Positions 11,520 to 21,536 of a stretch of 64,000 nucleotides of DNA are shown here, piece after piece. This stretch comes from Candidatus Woesearchaeota archaeon (lineage in GTDB: Archaea > Nanobdellota > Nanobdellia > Woesearchaeales > SKIA01): the NCBI GenBank assembly GCA_043771635.1, contig JAYVHA010000019.1:1248-65247 (forward strand). The letters run 5' to 3'. Within the stretch, counting starts at the first letter, position 1; every line of letters starts with the position of its first letter. The notes under the pieces were generated by a model that was not told the origin of the DNA, searched no databases, and was given only the letters and a program-made list of their open reading frames with translations. A program made the translations under genes and the position numbers.

Positions 11520-11984
11520 CTAAACAACTTGCGTTGGGTAAGACCACACTTCACGACCATGGCGTTGGTGTTCATGCGCGTGGTGGCTTGAGAGCTGATG
11601 CTCAATCGACTCAAAGGCATTCTGCACTGCAGTAGGCAGCGTCCAGCTAGAGCTTGCAGCATAGCGAGGTCCAGCGCTGGTTAGTAAGCCAACACTAATT
11701 TCGTAGCGCGCCATACCACCGCCTTTCCAGATTCGTTTAATTCGCACACGCGCATCTATTACATCACTTGCGATAGAGCGGATACGCATCATTTGCCTCT
11801 CCACTATCATGTGTACGTGTCGCTGCTCGCCCGCGGGCAATTCCAGTTCTGATAAGCCAACATAGTTAACCATTTTTCCGGACACCTCCATAAAAACACG
11901 TGTAAAACTAGAATAAAACTGTTCCGCATGAGTAAAATATGTCACGCGCAAATTATAACAAATAGTTACGATTTCATATGACAA
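11520..11984 (-). CDS. HPF/RaiA/YfiA-like ribosome hibernation factor homolog. The likely start is an internal Met, giving a ~117 aa product.
   Basis: The pattern MVNYVGLSELELP...VHMIVERQM...ARVRIKRIW...YEISVGL...AVQNAFESIEHQLSSHHAHEHQRH aligns by eye to the bacterial HPF beta-alpha-beta-beta-beta-alpha fold, including the C-terminal AID..KLERQLRKHK-type helix. Confidence 0.45.
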   Translation of the reverse strand: MSYEIVTICYNLRVTYFTHAEQFYSSFTRVFMEVSGKMVNYVGLSELELPAGEQRHVHMIVERQMMRIRSIASDVIDARVRIKRIWKGGGMARYEISVGLLTSAGPRYAASSSWTLPTAVQNAFESIEHQLSSHHAHEHQRHGREVWSYPTQVV

Positions 11985-12108
11985 TGGTGTGATGCTGCCT
12001 TAAACAACCTTAAAGTGCAGAATTCGCGCGTATTAAGCATCCTTTCTAAATGAACTAAATTGTACTAAAACCAAGAAACAATTTAAACGGCGCACGCAGC
12101 ACACTCTC

Positions 12109-13374
12109 ATGCAAGTCGTTCGCCTAACCACTATTCACGGCATCTATGAAGGTATACTGTTGCCAAGTCAAGGTACGAGCGCAGTTATTAAACTCCGAAA
12201 CGGATACAATGTAGGTGTAAAGCGTGCGCACATTACTAAAGAAGAAATTCTTGGCAATCGCGAGACTACAGCAAATCCGACGCCATCAATTGTGCAGAGC
12301 GACAAACCTCTCGTATCAATACTGCATCTCGGAGGCACCATTGCTGCAAAAGTAGATTACGCGACAGGCGCTACTGTCGCGCAATTTGATCCTGCAGAAC
12401 TTCTAACTATGTTTCCTGAACTACGCGATGAAGCGCGCATCGAAAGTAAACTTGTACGCAACATGCAAAGCGACCACATGCAACCAGGCCACTACAATGT
12501 TATTGCGGACGCTATTGCAGAAGAATTAAAGAAAAAACCGCACGGAATTGTTATTAGCCACGGAACAGATACCATGCAGTACACAGCTGCTGCACTATCG
12601 TTTATACTTGAAGGCTGCCCAGTACCAATAATTATTGTTGGCAGTCAGCGCTCAAGCGACCGCGGCTCCTCTGACGCTGGGATGAACTTAGTAGCAGCAG
12701 TTCATTTTATTGTAAACACGCAATGGACTGGTGTTGGCGTGTGCATGCATAAAACAAGTAACGATGACGTCTGCTGGATTATTCCTGGAACTAACGTTGG
12801 TAAAATGCATACTTCGCGACGCGATGCGTTCCGCCCGGTTAACAGTTTACAAATTGCAGACATCGACGTGCCAAGTAGAACAATCACTTACATCAATTCT
12901 CAAGTATCAAGTCCGACAGAGTTTCGTATTCGACGAGTAGACCCATCACTAAAGATTGGCCTGGTGCGCGTGCATCCAGGCATTCGACATACTGAACTAA
13001 TGTTTTACGAAGGCTATGATGGACTAGTACTGGAAGGCACTGGACTCGGTCATGCGCCAATACAACAGCTTGATGAAGAATCCGCTGAGAACACACCAAT
13101 TTGGGAATCGCTGCAACATCTTGCAAAAACAATGCCAGTTGTAATGACGTCTCAATGCATGTATGGCAGAATTAGTTTACAAGTTTATACGCCTGGCCGA
13201 CAGCTCCAGGATGCAGGGGTGCTTGGACACGACTGCGACATGCCATCATGGACGGCGTACATGAAACTACTTTGGCTTCTGTCTAACGAGCGCGACAATG
13301 TTCGAGAGTTATACAGTACAAATCTTCGTGGTGAAATAAGCGAGAGAACAGTAATGGATTCATTCTTACGTTAA
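12109..13374 (+). CDS. gatD: Glutamyl-tRNA(Gln) amidotransferase subunit D (asparaginase-like)
   Basis: The asparaginase-type motifs HLGGTIA and ISHGTDTM, at 421 aa, are typical of archaeal GatD. Confidence 0.85.
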   Translation: MQVVRLTTIHGIYEGILLPSQGTSAVIKLRNGYNVGVKRAHITKEEILGNRETTANPTPSIVQSDKPLVSILHLGGTIAAKVDYATGATVAQFDPAELLTMFPELRDEARIESKLVRNMQSDHMQPGHYNVIADAIAEELKKKPHGIVISHGTDTMQYTAAALSFILEGCPVPIIIVGSQRSSDRGSSDAGMNLVAAVHFIVNTQWTGVGVCMHKTSNDDVCWIIPGTNVGKMHTSRRDAFRPVNSLQIADIDVPSRTITYINSQVSSPTEFRIRRVDPSLKIGLVRVHPGIRHTELMFYEGYDGLVLEGTGLGHAPIQQLDEESAENTPIWESLQHLAKTMPVVMTSQCMYGRISLQVYTPGRQLQDAGVLGHDCDMPSWTAYMKLLWLLSNERDNVRELYSTNLRGEISERTVMDSFLR

Positions 13375-13392
13375 GCTAAATAAAAAAATTTA

Positions 13393-13842
13393 CTAATCTT
13401 CTTTGGGTGCTAGAATGCTTCCGCGGCATTTTGGAGAACCACATAGGCAAGCGTAAATAGTTTCGTCATCTTCTCCATCCGCGTCACGCTCATAAGCATA
13501 ATCGTAGAATAACTCTTCACCCTGCTCAATGTCGCGAATCGCGTCGATGAATACTTGTTGACCTTCGACTACAGGCTCACAGTTTGGATCGCATGAGTGA
13601 TTAATGAACTTTGCAGGATTGTCCGTGTCTTGGCCATCAATAACTACATGCTCGTCTACCGCAAACAAAAAAGTATGGTGACGTTCCATTGCTGCATCAT
13701 CATAACGTGCATCTGCTTCTTCATGCGAAATAATTTCGCCAGTGTATTCAATAATTCGCGTACCACTAGGGATTCTTTTTTTTGCAAACGCCCCCTCACC
13801 TTGGATAGGGGAATTTCGTACTTCAAACCATTGATTCATCAT
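13393..13842 (-). CDS. SET-domain protein lysine methyltransferase
   Basis: SET signatures NHSCDPN and GEELFYDY, plus a post-SET Cys cluster (CLCGSPKC). Confidence 0.8.
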   Translation of the reverse strand: MMNQWFEVRNSPIQGEGAFAKKRIPSGTRIIEYTGEIISHEEADARYDDAAMERHHTFLFAVDEHVVIDGQDTDNPAKFINHSCDPNCEPVVEGQQVFIDAIRDIEQGEELFYDYAYERDADGEDDETIYACLCGSPKCRGSILAPKED

Positions 13843-13904
13843 ACTAGCGCAAATGCTGTGTTTATAAGATTTATCGCTCCCAAAAATATTACTTACTCCA
13901 GTTT

Positions 13905-14477
13905 TTATTCATGCTTGACTACTGCATCTATTAAACGTAGCGTAAATTCAAGTACAACTACGCATGCAAAGAAAAAACTGAGTTGGGGTAGTAGAGAAGG
14001 CACCGTACTTAACTTATCCAGAAATGACGTTACGCTCACTGCCGTCATGTCGAGCAAAAATACTGCAAGCATAGACAAAGGCAACGTCTTCGCGAGTTCG
14101 GCTGAGAGTTCTTGATTAATATAAGCAGTAATACGAATTGCAGCGAGCAAAGCCATCGCAATCAAAAGTGTGGTTTCGACGGCAATTTCACCGCTTCCAT
14201 CAAAGACAAGCAAAATAACTGTAATAACTGTGCCCCACAAGAAAAATAAGAAGGGACTTAGAAACAAGTATTTTAGCGCGTACACAAAACGCCGCCAAAG
14301 CCTGAGGAGTACAGGATGTTTGGCACCAGTAAATGACGGCATGCTAAGCTCGAACAAAAGGCGCTTAGAAACATGCTTGTAAAAACTAAAAATAAAGAAG
14401 CCATATAATACGAGCCCACCGACAAACATTCCAAATTGCTCGAGCAGCGGCAGAGCGAATCCTAATTCATTGAGCAT
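13905..14477 (-). CDS. Polytopic membrane protein, hypothetical
   Basis: Multiple hydrophobic segments. No motif recognised. Confidence 0.35.
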   Translation of the reverse strand: MLNELGFALPLLEQFGMFVGGLVLYGFFIFSFYKHVSKRLLFELSMPSFTGAKHPVLLRLWRRFVYALKYLFLSPFLFFLWGTVITVILLVFDGSGEIAVETTLLIAMALLAAIRITAYINQELSAELAKTLPLSMLAVFLLDMTAVSVTSFLDKLSTVPSLLPQLSFFFACVVVLEFTLRLIDAVVKHE

Positions 14478-14562
14478 TCTTACTCGCGACCAACCCCATT
14501 CTTAAATATGCCGACGGAGGCTGCCAGGCATCTTTAAATACGCAGGCGCGAGCTCTAGTAAT

Positions 14563-16380
14563 ATGAATGATAAGCAAGTGGTGCACGAGCTCACAGCAGG
14601 TATTGAAGTCCATCAACAGCTTAGTACTAGTAAGCTGTTCTGTAGCTGTCCAAGTACCATTCGTGACGGCGCGCCGGACGTGCAAATCGAGCGACAGTTG
14701 CGCGCCGCGGCAGGTGAGTCTGGCGAGATGGATATCGCCGCAAGGCACGAACAGCACAAAGCGAAGCGCTTCAACTACCAAGGCTATCAAGACACTACGT
14801 GCCTCGTGGAACTTGATGAAGAGCCTGTAAGCGCCCCAAACGCGCAAGCAGTAGTTGTTGCGCTGCAAGTCGCACGCATGCTCTCAATGACACTAGTGGA
14901 TGAAGTGCATGTAATGCGAAAAACCGTAGTAGATGGTTCCAACACTAGTGGCTTTCAACGAACCATGCTTGTTGCTCGCGATGGCAACATTGAAGTAAAT
15001 GGCAATAAAGTTAGAATTGAGCAGCTTTGCCTTGAAGAGGACAGCTGCAAACTAGTCGAGCGCGGTGAGCGGCATGATACGTACAATCTTAGCCGCCTCG
15101 GCATTCCACTTCTAGAAATTACTACTGGACCGGACCTTCACACAGCGGAAGACGTAAAAGCGACGGCTGCGTACATCGGCATGCTCCTTCGCTCAACAGA
15201 ACAAGTAAAGCGCGGACTCGGCACAACACGTCAAGACGTAAACGTGTCCGTGCCCGGAGGCGTGCGCGTAGAAGTAAAAGGCGTGCAAGACCTTGCCAGT
15301 ATGGGCTTAATAGTTAAAAATGAAGCGCAGCGCCAGCGTATTCTCATTAATCTCGCGCTTGTTATTCCAGCGCAAGCCTACTCAGTAATTGATGTAACAA
15401 GCGCACTAAAGACGCTACCAACTGGATTCATCCGAAAGGCAATCGACTCGGGCCAGTCAGTACTAGGACTACGCCTTGCGGGTTGGAAAGAGAACTTGGC
15501 GGCAGAGCTGCAACCAGGCACTCGGCTCGGTAAAGAGCTTGCTGGATACGCTAAGGCTCATGGCTTTGGCGGACTTGTGCACAGCAGTGAAGACGCGTCT
15601 AAATACGGCTTCACGTCAGAATTAGTAATACTTCGCTCCCTACTAAACTCAGGTGACGATGACGCTTGGCTTCTGATGGTAGGCGTACCAGGCAGGCTAC
15701 TTCCCTTTTTCGACAATGTTCTAATTCCAAGACTGCACCAACTCTCAATTGGCGTGCCTGCTGAAGTGCGAAAGCCGGAAGCCGACGGCACTAACAGCTA
15801 TTTACGGCCTATGCCGGGCGCTGCGCGCATGTATCCTGAAACTGACGTCCGAGCGTTTCAACCGAAGCCGGACAGCATTGCGCTGCCAGAACTAATAACT
15901 CACAAAGCAACGCGACTTGCAAAGCAATATGGCCTACATGCAGATCTCGCCACTCAGATAAGCAAAGAAGGTTTAGGCACTATATTAGAAGGCTGGATCG
16001 CGCGATTTCCGAACATACAGCCCGGCACGCTCGCTGCCCTGCTTACGGCCAAAGAACGAGAAATCAAAACGCGCCATGGCATTGACGTAGACGTTGTACT
16101 GCTTGCCCCAGAGTTCTTACCTGCGCTCAACGCAGGCGAAATCACGCTTGCCGCAGTGGAAGACATCCTAGTGTCTCTTGCCAAGGGAGAACCGCTAGAC
16201 ATGAGTAAGTACAAAGCTGTCAGCGAGACAGAACTCTCGCTTGCAGTTTCTGCACTTATTGCAGAAAATCCTAGCGCCTCCCAAGGCGTACTAATGGGTA
16301 AAGTCATGCGACACTTTAACGGACGCGCCGACGGCAAGAAAGTGCAAGAACTAATTGCCCGCGCGGGCGTGAGACAATGA
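14563..16380 (+). CDS. gatE: Glutamyl-tRNA(Gln) amidotransferase subunit E
   Basis: N-terminal GIEVHQQL...KLFCSCPS is typical of the GatE/GatB family. 605 aa with a C-terminal GatB/YqeY-like tail. Confidence 0.85.
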   Translation: MNDKQVVHELTAGIEVHQQLSTSKLFCSCPSTIRDGAPDVQIERQLRAAAGESGEMDIAARHEQHKAKRFNYQGYQDTTCLVELDEEPVSAPNAQAVVVALQVARMLSMTLVDEVHVMRKTVVDGSNTSGFQRTMLVARDGNIEVNGNKVRIEQLCLEEDSCKLVERGERHDTYNLSRLGIPLLEITTGPDLHTAEDVKATAAYIGMLLRSTEQVKRGLGTTRQDVNVSVPGGVRVEVKGVQDLASMGLIVKNEAQRQRILINLALVIPAQAYSVIDVTSALKTLPTGFIRKAIDSGQSVLGLRLAGWKENLAAELQPGTRLGKELAGYAKAHGFGGLVHSSEDASKYGFTSELVILRSLLNSGDDDAWLLMVGVPGRLLPFFDNVLIPRLHQLSIGVPAEVRKPEADGTNSYLRPMPGAARMYPETDVRAFQPKPDSIALPELITHKATRLAKQYGLHADLATQISKEGLGTILEGWIARFPNIQPGTLAALLTAKEREIKTRHGIDVDVVLLAPEFLPALNAGEITLAAVEDILVSLAKGEPLDMSKYKAVSETELSLAVSALIAENPSASQGVLMGKVMRHFNGRADGKKVQELIARAGVRQ

Positions 16381-16871
16381 ACGAGTTTTTTTGGTTCTTT
16401 ATGTTTTTCACACCAGCATACGTTGCGAATATGCTCCCTCCATTTTTTCGCAAACTACCCTTTGGCTACCCAATTGATAGCGGAAGAACTTGGCACGGAC
16501 AACCGCTCCTTGGAAAGAACAAGACTTGGCGTGGCCTCGTCTTAGGTACAATCGGCGGAGGCCTCGTAGGATGGCTCCTACAGTCTCTTGGCCTACCATT
16601 TGTGTGGTGGTGGGGTTTCGTCCTTGGTTTCGCAGCGCTTGCAGGTGACGCGCTTAAGAGCCTTGTAAAACGGCAAATAGGAATTAAGCCAGGCGGGCGC
16701 TGGATGCCGTTCGATCAGCTTGACTTTCTAATTATGGCCTGGCTGGTCAGCTTTGCGTTTGTACGTTTTTCATGGCTCACTACGCTGCTCGGGTTCAGCA
16801 TAGTGTTTGTGTGTACAATTGGCGTGCAAATTCTTGGCGGCATGACTGGCGTCAAAGCAGACAAACTGTAA
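16377..16871 (+). CDS. carS: CDP-archaeol synthase (CarS)
   Basis: 164 aa polytopic membrane protein with the GKNKTWRG motif of the CarS/DUF46 family. 4-nt overlap with gatE. Confidence 0.7.
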   Translation: MNEFFWFFMFFTPAYVANMLPPFFRKLPFGYPIDSGRTWHGQPLLGKNKTWRGLVLGTIGGGLVGWLLQSLGLPFVWWWGFVLGFAALAGDALKSLVKRQIGIKPGGRWMPFDQLDFLIMAWLVSFAFVRFSWLTTLLGFSIVFVCTIGVQILGGMTGVKADKL

Positions 16872-16932
16872 GCACAGTCAAAACGGTTCTTTTTTATAAT
16901 AAGCCCGAGCAGTTGTATATATTGATCAAGCG

Positions 16933-17214
16933 GTGTGGTATCTCCTTGCAGGTACGCGAGGAGGGGAAACACGCGCACGAATTATCTATGCGATAAGACA
17001 TCGGCCAGCAAATGCAAATCAACTAGCTAAGCAACTGTCCCTTGATTACAAAACCATGCAGCACCACTTGGCACTTCTACTTGAACATAATATTCTCAGT
17101 ACACAGGGACGCTACGGCGCAGTATACTTCATTACACAACGTATGCAAGCATCATGGCTGGGCTACCAAGAAATTTGGGAGCAATTTGGGAGACAACCCG
17201 GAAAACATACATAA
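16933..17214 (+). CDS. ArsR/SmtB-type winged-helix transcriptional regulator
   Basis: The segment NQLAKQLSLDYKTMQHHLALLLEHNIL matches the ArsR HTH recognition helix pattern (..S.HL..L...G). Confidence 0.55.
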   Translation: MWYLLAGTRGGETRARIIYAIRHRPANANQLAKQLSLDYKTMQHHLALLLEHNILSTQGRYGAVYFITQRMQASWLGYQEIWEQFGRQPGKHT

Positions 17215-17242
17215 GGATAAACGACTCTAGAGGGGAAAACAA

Positions 17243-17515
17243 ATGATAACATCAATGATTGTAAGTGGAATAAACGTAATACTACTTCTACTACTTGTAG
17301 GAATATTTACTCGCAGCGTTGTGCGTATGCCAACTAAGTTTACTATAGGACTGCTCGCATGCGTAGCACTACTATTAGTACAGAATATTGTTACGCTTTA
17401 CTACGCAATTACAATGATGCCGCTATTCGTTGCTGAACTTGAAGGATTTTTCTTTGCCTATCAAATACTGCAGCTTGCATCATTCGCATCTCTAACATAC
17501 AGCAGCACTAGATAA
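17243..17515 (+). CDS. Small membrane protein, hypothetical
   Basis: 90 aa with two or three hydrophobic helices. Confidence 0.3.
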   Translation: MITSMIVSGINVILLLLLVGIFTRSVVRMPTKFTIGLLACVALLLVQNIVTLYYAITMMPLFVAELEGFFFAYQILQLASFASLTYSSTR

Positions 17516-17544
17516 TATTGATGTAACAAGTAAACGAGTAGATT

Positions 17545-18135
17545 ATGAAAAATACAAAACACAATACTAGCCGCAGGAATTGGGCAAAAATCCTCAGTTG
17601 GAGTAGACTAGTTCTCATTATCCCAATTAGTATTCTTATTGTCATGCAGCAATTCACTGCTGCAGCAGTGCTTGTACTGCTCGCTGCAGTCACAGACTTC
17701 TTTGATGGAGTTGTTGCTCGGACTACAAACACGCAGACGGCCTATGGCTCAAGTTTAGACGGACTCGTAGATCTAGTATTTGCGATTACAACAGTCGCGT
17801 GGGTGTGGATCGCATATCCTGAGACACTAGTGTTTTGACCATATGTGCTTACCATAGTCGGAAGTCTAGTATTGCTTAACATCGTAACTTTAGTTCAGGG
17901 AGAAGGCGCTCCAACGCTCCATCTTTGGACTGGTAAAGTCGCGATGACGACTGTATTCATACTTTTTCCATTACTTACAGTGGGAGTCGGCGTCTGGTAT
18001 ATACACCTGGTCGGCGCTCTTTGCATTTTAACGCAACTCGAGTCGCTCGCCTACATCGCTCTTGGAGAGCGAAATCCGAATGGACGCAGCATAATACTTG
18101 CCTACTTGGAACGCCGTAGAAACAGTAAATACTAA
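17545..18135 (+). pseudogene. CDP-alcohol phosphatidyltransferase interrupted by an in-frame TGA at 17836-17838. Either a pseudogene, a sequencing error or a read-through site.
   Basis: The family motif D-x2-DG-x2-AR-x8-G-x3-D-x3-D is present (DFFDGVVARTTNTQTAYGSSLDGLVD). ORFs 17545-17838 and 17845-18135 are in the same frame, separated by a single TGA followed by C. The combined length of ~195 aa matches the family. Confidence 0.65.
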
Positions 18136-18146
18136 TTGGAGACACT

Positions 18147-19367
18147 ATGACAACAAATAATACTCATAATAAATCAACCACACTATGTTTAGTATTACTA
18201 TGTGCAGTTGTACTAACCGCGTGCGCTGCCCCGACAGTAAATCCTGTTATTGAATCAGCAACGGAAAAACAAGAATTAACAGAACCTGTAGTAACAACAG
18301 AAGTTGAAACACCAAGCAAACAAAGCGAATCATCAGAAAATATATTGACAGATAAACAATTAGAGAATAAATTAGTAGATGAAATGGAAATTGAAACTTC
18401 TGCTGTGGAAGCTAAAAGCATCTCTGCCGATTACATATCACGCCCCAAAGCAGAATGGCGTACGCTATTAACTCCACAGCAATATGATATACTGTGGGAG
18501 AAAGGCACTGAGCGCGCATTCAGTGGAGAACATAAAACTCCGAGCGTCAGCGGAACATATGTAACTGCGGGCTGCCGCATTCCTGTGTTTCATACAGACG
18601 CACAGTTTGATAGCGGCACCGGTTGGCCGAGCTTTTTTGAGCTACTACAAACTAAAAATATAATTCTTGAAGAAGACAACACGTTATTTTCAACGCGTAC
18701 GGAAGTACTCTCTGCATGTGGTGAACATCTAGGGCACGTCTTTGACGACGGACCGGAACCAACAGGTAAGCGTTATTGCATCAATAGTGTTGCATTAATT
18801 TTCGTTCCTGATAACGCAAACGCAGAAATTAGGGCGCCGCAGCATGAACTTGCTACATTCGCCGGCGGCTGCTTCTGGTGCATGGAATCGCCATTCGAAA
18901 AACTCCCCGGAGTAAATACTGTTATTTCTGGATATGTGGGCGGCACAGAAATTTCACCTACATATGAAGAAGTTTCGTCAGGAGCCACGAAGCATATTGA
19001 ATCAGTACAAATAACATTTAATCCGAGTATAATTTCATATGAACAGTTACTTGACGTATACTGGAGACAAATTAATCCGACAGACTCAGGCGGACAGTTT
19101 GTTGACCGCGGGTACCAGTACACTTCAGCAATTTTTGTACACGACGAGGCTCAAGCAGCCGCAGCTAGAAAATCACTTCAAGCAATTGACAAAAGCGGCG
19201 TCTTTGGCGCACCAATTGTTACGCCAATCACAGACTATACTTCCTTTTACCCTGCCGAAGACTATCATCAAGATTACTATAAAACTAACCCACTAAAGTA
19301 TAACTTCTATCGATCACGGTCTGGTCGAGACGCATACTTGGATAGCATATGGGGAAATGAAAAATGA
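18147..19367 (+). CDS. msrAB: Lipoprotein-type secreted MsrB-MsrA fusion (peptide methionine sulfoxide reductase B and A)
   Basis: Signal peptide with lipobox LTAC. MsrB motifs GWPSF and HLGHVFDDGP...RYCINS. MsrA motif GCFWC. 406 aa. Confidence 0.85.
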   Translation: MTTNNTHNKSTTLCLVLLCAVVLTACAAPTVNPVIESATEKQELTEPVVTTEVETPSKQSESSENILTDKQLENKLVDEMEIETSAVEAKSISADYISRPKAEWRTLLTPQQYDILWEKGTERAFSGEHKTPSVSGTYVTAGCRIPVFHTDAQFDSGTGWPSFFELLQTKNIILEEDNTLFSTRTEVLSACGEHLGHVFDDGPEPTGKRYCINSVALIFVPDNANAEIRAPQHELATFAGGCFWCMESPFEKLPGVNTVISGYVGGTEISPTYEEVSSGATKHIESVQITFNPSIISYEQLLDVYWRQINPTDSGGQFVDRGYQYTSAIFVHDEAQAAAARKSLQAIDKSGVFGAPIVTPITDYTSFYPAEDYHQDYYKTNPLKYNFYRSRSGRDAYLDSIWGNEK

Positions 19368-20790
19368 ACGCAAAGCATTATGACGTTATTGTTATTGGTG
19401 GAGGGGCTGGCGGCCTCGTCACGGCAGTAGGATGTAACAGTCTAGGGTTTCACGTAGCAATAATTGACAAAGCGCCCCTCGGAGGAGACTGCCTCCATAC
19501 AGGGTGCGTCCCAAGCAAAACGCTCATCAAAAGTGCTAAAATTGCCCATGCGCTCGCAACGCGAAACAGTACGGGATTGACGCCGAATTAAAACCAATTG
19601 AATTCAGTAAGGTCGCGGCGCGTATTCGAGCAGTAATTGAAGAAATAGGCATGCATGACAGTCCACAGAGATTTCAATCACTTGGAATTGACGTATATTT
19701 TGGCAAACCTATTTTTACTAACAAAGAAACTTTATCAGTCACAACTATCGATGGTGAAAATTTATTTACCGCGTCACGGTTTGTTATCACTACTGGCAGC
19801 CGCGCAGCAATACCGGATGTACAGGGACTCTCAGAAATTCCATATTTGACTAATCATAATATATTTTCGCTTGACGAACTTCCAACGCGAATTGTGATTC
19901 TCGGCGCAGGTCCAATTGGCATTGAACTCGGTCAAGCAATGCAACGCTTAGGTTCCGCAGTGACAGTCCTCAATGTAGGAAACCAAATTCTATTTCGAGA
20001 AGACGCGCAAGTTACCGCACAACTTGAATCTCAACTTAATGAAGAAGGCATGCAAATAGTGCATGAAGCGAAAACTACACTCGTTACTTCTACTGAAGTT
20101 ACAGTAACAACCCCTACAAAAACTCTAAAAATTCCGTTCGACAAATTACTGGTTGCCGCAGGTAGAAAACCAAACGTGGAAGGGCTAGGTCTTGAAGCTG
20201 CGGGCGTAGCGTATTCTACAAAAGGAATTACCGTAAATAAATATTTACAGACAACCAATAAGCGCATATATGCAGTCGGCGACATAGTAGGACCTTACCA
20301 ATTTACACATATGGCTGAGTATCAAGCCGGCGTAGTTGTTTGGAACATAAGTGTACCGTGGCGCAAAGCAGTTGACTATCGCGTCGTACCTTGGGTTACA
20401 TACACAGATCCGGAACTTGCACGCGCCGGTATAAGTGAAGCCGAAGCAATTGCCGAGCGAATCCCGCACAAAGTTTTCACCGTGAACAGTAGCGCAATTG
20501 ACCGCGCAGTTACAGACGGATATAAGCACGGCACAATTAGACTTATTTTAAGTCCTAAAGGTAAAATTTTGGGCGCGTGTGCGCTCCTTCCAAATGCAGG
20601 CGAAGTACTCCAAGAGTATGTTCTCGCAATGCAAGCGAATGTTTCCATTCGCACCCTTGGTGGAACAGTTCACCCGTACCCAACGGTCGCGCAGGCGAAT
20701 CGACGCGTTGCAAACCAATACCTCAGCGCGAAGTTTTTAACACCGCGGACAAAACAAATTGTGCAATTTCTTGCACGCTTTCGACGATGA
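19364..20790 (+). pseudogene. Pyridine nucleotide-disulfide oxidoreductase (DLD/MerA-like flavoprotein) carrying a -1 frameshift near 19555-19567
   Basis: The N-terminal ORF (19364-19591) has the FAD GxGxxG motif and the redox-active GGDCLHTGCVPSK. Homology continues in another frame (KQYGID...) into ORF 19651-20790. The junction lies in the cgcaacgcgaaacag sequence. Confidence 0.7.
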
Positions 20791-21443
20791 CACGGACTTC
20801 CTTTAGAAAACTAATAATCGGGACGATAATTATTATTTGCATAATTATACTAGTGCGCGCGACGGGCATTGCAGACGGGACCAGCATAGATACTGTGCGA
20901 GATGCTGTTGCTAAACTAGGCCCGCTAGGACCTATAGTATTTGTACTGCTATATATCATGGCCACAGTGCTGTTTCTTCCGGCGTCTCCTCTTAGCATTC
21001 TAGCAGGTACACTTTTCGGATTAGGATTTGGAACTTTATTAGTAGTTATTGGGGCAACAATCGGCGCCACTATAGCGTTTTTTATTGCGCGCCTACTGGG
21101 CGAGAGCACAGTTAGCCGCTGGATAAAACATTCTTTCCCCAAAATTGACACATATAACGAACGACTTGCGGCAAACGGATTTCACGCAGTAGCATTTCTA
21201 CGCCTAGTACCGCTCTTTCCGTTCAATGGTTTAAACTTCGCTCTCGGACTAACCAAAGTGAAACCTCGCGAGTATATTCTTGGCACTCTGATCGGAATTA
21301 TTCCTGGAACTTTCGCGTTCGTATATCTTGGCGCTTCCCTCGCAGCACTAAATCCAGTACATATCGCCCTCGCTATTACGGCGTTCATTGCTATTCTGCT
21401 AATTGGTCCAATCTACAATAAATACGGGGCAAAGCATAAGTAA
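20787..21443 (+). CDS. TVP38/TMEM64 (DedA-related, SNARE-associated) family membrane protein
   Basis: Hydrophobic profile and the PASPLSILAGTLFG...GATIGATIAFFIAR pattern. The ATG at 20787 overlaps the upstream stop. Confidence 0.65.
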   Translation: MTRTSFRKLIIGTIIIICIIILVRATGIADGTSIDTVRDAVAKLGPLGPIVFVLLYIMATVLFLPASPLSILAGTLFGLGFGTLLVVIGATIGATIAFFIARLLGESTVSRWIKHSFPKIDTYNERLAANGFHAVAFLRLVPLFPFNGLNFALGLTKVKPREYILGTLIGIIPGTFAFVYLGASLAALNPVHIALAITAFIAILLIGPIYNKYGAKHK

Positions 21444-21536
21444 AATTCTCAGTGATAATTTAGGTTCCGCAGCGCTAAGAGTTTCAGACCTTTCAGCAAG
21501 TTAATTCGCTGACAAGACTAAAGACTATCATTTAAT

